This document shows positions 7,827-8,797 of a stretch of 8,797 nucleotides of DNA, in pieces; the stretch's first letter is position 1; each line of letters opens with the position of its first letter. The stretch lies in assembly GCF_006345805.1 (NCBI RefSeq), contig NW_021828341.1:1-8797 (forward strand). Direction: 5' to 3'. The position numbers and the translations under genes were made by a program. The notes below the pieces were generated by a model. It saw nothing but the letters and a program-made list of their open reading frames with translations, made no database searches and had not been told where the DNA came from. The stretch is from Octopus sinensis (Eukaryota).

Positions 7827-8274
7827 GGATCTTTTCGGTTTGAACGGCAGTTATTTCTAGTAGTGTCATATGAAATTGTCACCCATAATTATGACCCTAG
7901 TATCGATCTATTGCATTTCAATCTGTTTTAGAGTTAGGGTTAGTTAGGGTAAGTTAAGGTTGGGGTTAGGGTTAGGGTTAGGGTAAGGGTATCTTTTTTC
8001 TTCAGAAATGTAAATAAACCCAATCTGTTTCTTAAACGAGGGACATATTCATACGGCACAGAATGTTTTCACCTCAATAGACGTCATTGATTTGTTGAAA
8101 TTGTAGAAATTAAAGAAAAAACAACAACAAATATCTTACAAACTATAGAATCTTCTCAATAAAGCCAAGAGAAAAAGATGTTTTATAAACACATTCTACC
8201 AGTATACGAAGTTTAAAAGTGTTTAGTTACGTGGAAATTATTTTTAAAAACTGCCGTTCAAACCGAAAAGATCC
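7827..8274 (+). mobile_element. MITE copy 2 (448 bp), perfect 26-bp TIRs, 8-bp TSD; Merlin-like non-autonomous DNA transposon
   Basis: TIR GGATCTTTTCGGTTTGAACGGCAGTT (7827-7852) is the exact inverse of 8249-8274. Flanks CTGTAAAG (7819-7826) and CGGTAAAG (8275-8282) match 7/8. GG termini with an 8-bp TSD fit Merlin/IS1016 best; superfamily assignment is an inference because no transposase is present. Confidence 0.92.
7933..7990 (+). repeat. Telomeric-type array inside MITE copy 2
   Basis: Five exact TTAGGG units, including GGGGTTAGGGTTAGGGTTAGGGTAAGGG at 7962-7989. Confidence 0.9.
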
Positions 8275-8636
8275 CGGTAAAGTTGTTGTCGAGGGGCCGA
8301 TTGTTATTTTCCTTCAACAATGTTTTAAAGATCTTTTGCCTCTGTTAGAAAATCGATCTTTGGTAATCAGTACTCCATCACTATAAGAAAAAAACCCCAA
8401 ACAATCAAATAAAACAAGCATATATAATAAAGACGCTAAGAAATATATAACCCTATTCGACAAAAAATAAATTAATTATGAACGTCCAATTAGATCATGT
8501 CAGATCAATATATACAAGAAAATTGCTCTGAAGTCACTTTTAAAAAAATACCCATAGAACAAACAAAGAAAAGAAAACAATATAAACAAAACCAGCAGTA
8601 ACAAAAAAAAAACACTCAAAAGCAAAATATTTTAAT

Positions 8637-8769
8637 TCTTATCTTTAGCCTTTCTCAATTGCTGGAGTGCAACCAAGCTGGGGTGCTGTAGTGCAACTAA
8701 GCTGGGGTACGGCCTTGAAGGCTTTAGTCAAAGAAATGAACTCAATACTTATATTTAAGTTTGGTACTA
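8637..8769 (-). mobile_element. Diverged 3' fragment of a second octopus-type SINE family
   Basis: Plus strand ...AAGCTGGGGTACGGCCTTGAAGGCTTTAGTC...ACTT...GGTACT resembles, from memory, the reverse complement of an abundant octopus SINE 3' end (...CCTTCAAGGCGGTGCTCCAGCATGGCCGCAGTC...). Not search-verified. Confidence 0.5.
8661..8708. repeat. 24-bp tandem duplication
   Basis: GCTGGAGTGCAACCAAGCTGGGGT / GCTGTAGTGCAACTAAGCTGGGGT, 22/24 identical. Confidence 0.92.
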
Positions 8770-8794
8770 TTATTATTATTATTATTATTATTAT
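8768..8794. repeat. (TAT)9 microsatellite
   Basis: Direct reading of the sequence. Confidence 0.95.
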
Positions 8795-8797
8795 ATA

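Noticed and set aside
7047-8274. True telomere/subtelomere, or a recent tandem duplication
   Set aside because: The arrays are short, degenerate and enclosed by TIRs. The copies have unrelated flanks and several percent divergence, indicating independent insertions.
1-8797. CRISPR array, rRNA or prokaryotic operon
   Set aside because: No repeat-spacer periodicity, no rRNA-like sequence and no gene-dense structure.

Overview
AT-rich, repeat-dominated eukaryotic non-coding DNA. Roughly a third is microsatellite: (TA)n, (TATG)n, (CA)n, (GGT)n, (TAG)n and (CCAA)n. The SINEs resemble octopus/coleoid cephalopod families as I recall them, so that origin is an inference, not database-checked. No intact protein-coding gene is supported, and nearly all ORF-track entries are microsatellite translations. 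Mobile-element relics: (i) a decayed R4/Dong-like restriction-like-endonuclease fragment (303-580, minus) abutting a (CATA)n tract; (ii) next to it, a degenerate minimal type I hammerhead ribozyme motif typical of Penelope-like elements (258-293, plus); (iii) a tail-to-tail inverted pair of tRNA-derived SINEs (4323-4638); (iv) two direct copies of a ~450-480 bp TIR element (7047-7527, 7827-8274) with GG-terminal TIRs, an 8-bp TSD on copy 2 (Merlin-like) and an internal hypervariable TTAGGG-type array; (v) a second SINE fragment near the end. The telomere-repeat-bearing MITE pair and the hammerhead/R4 junction are the most interesting features.
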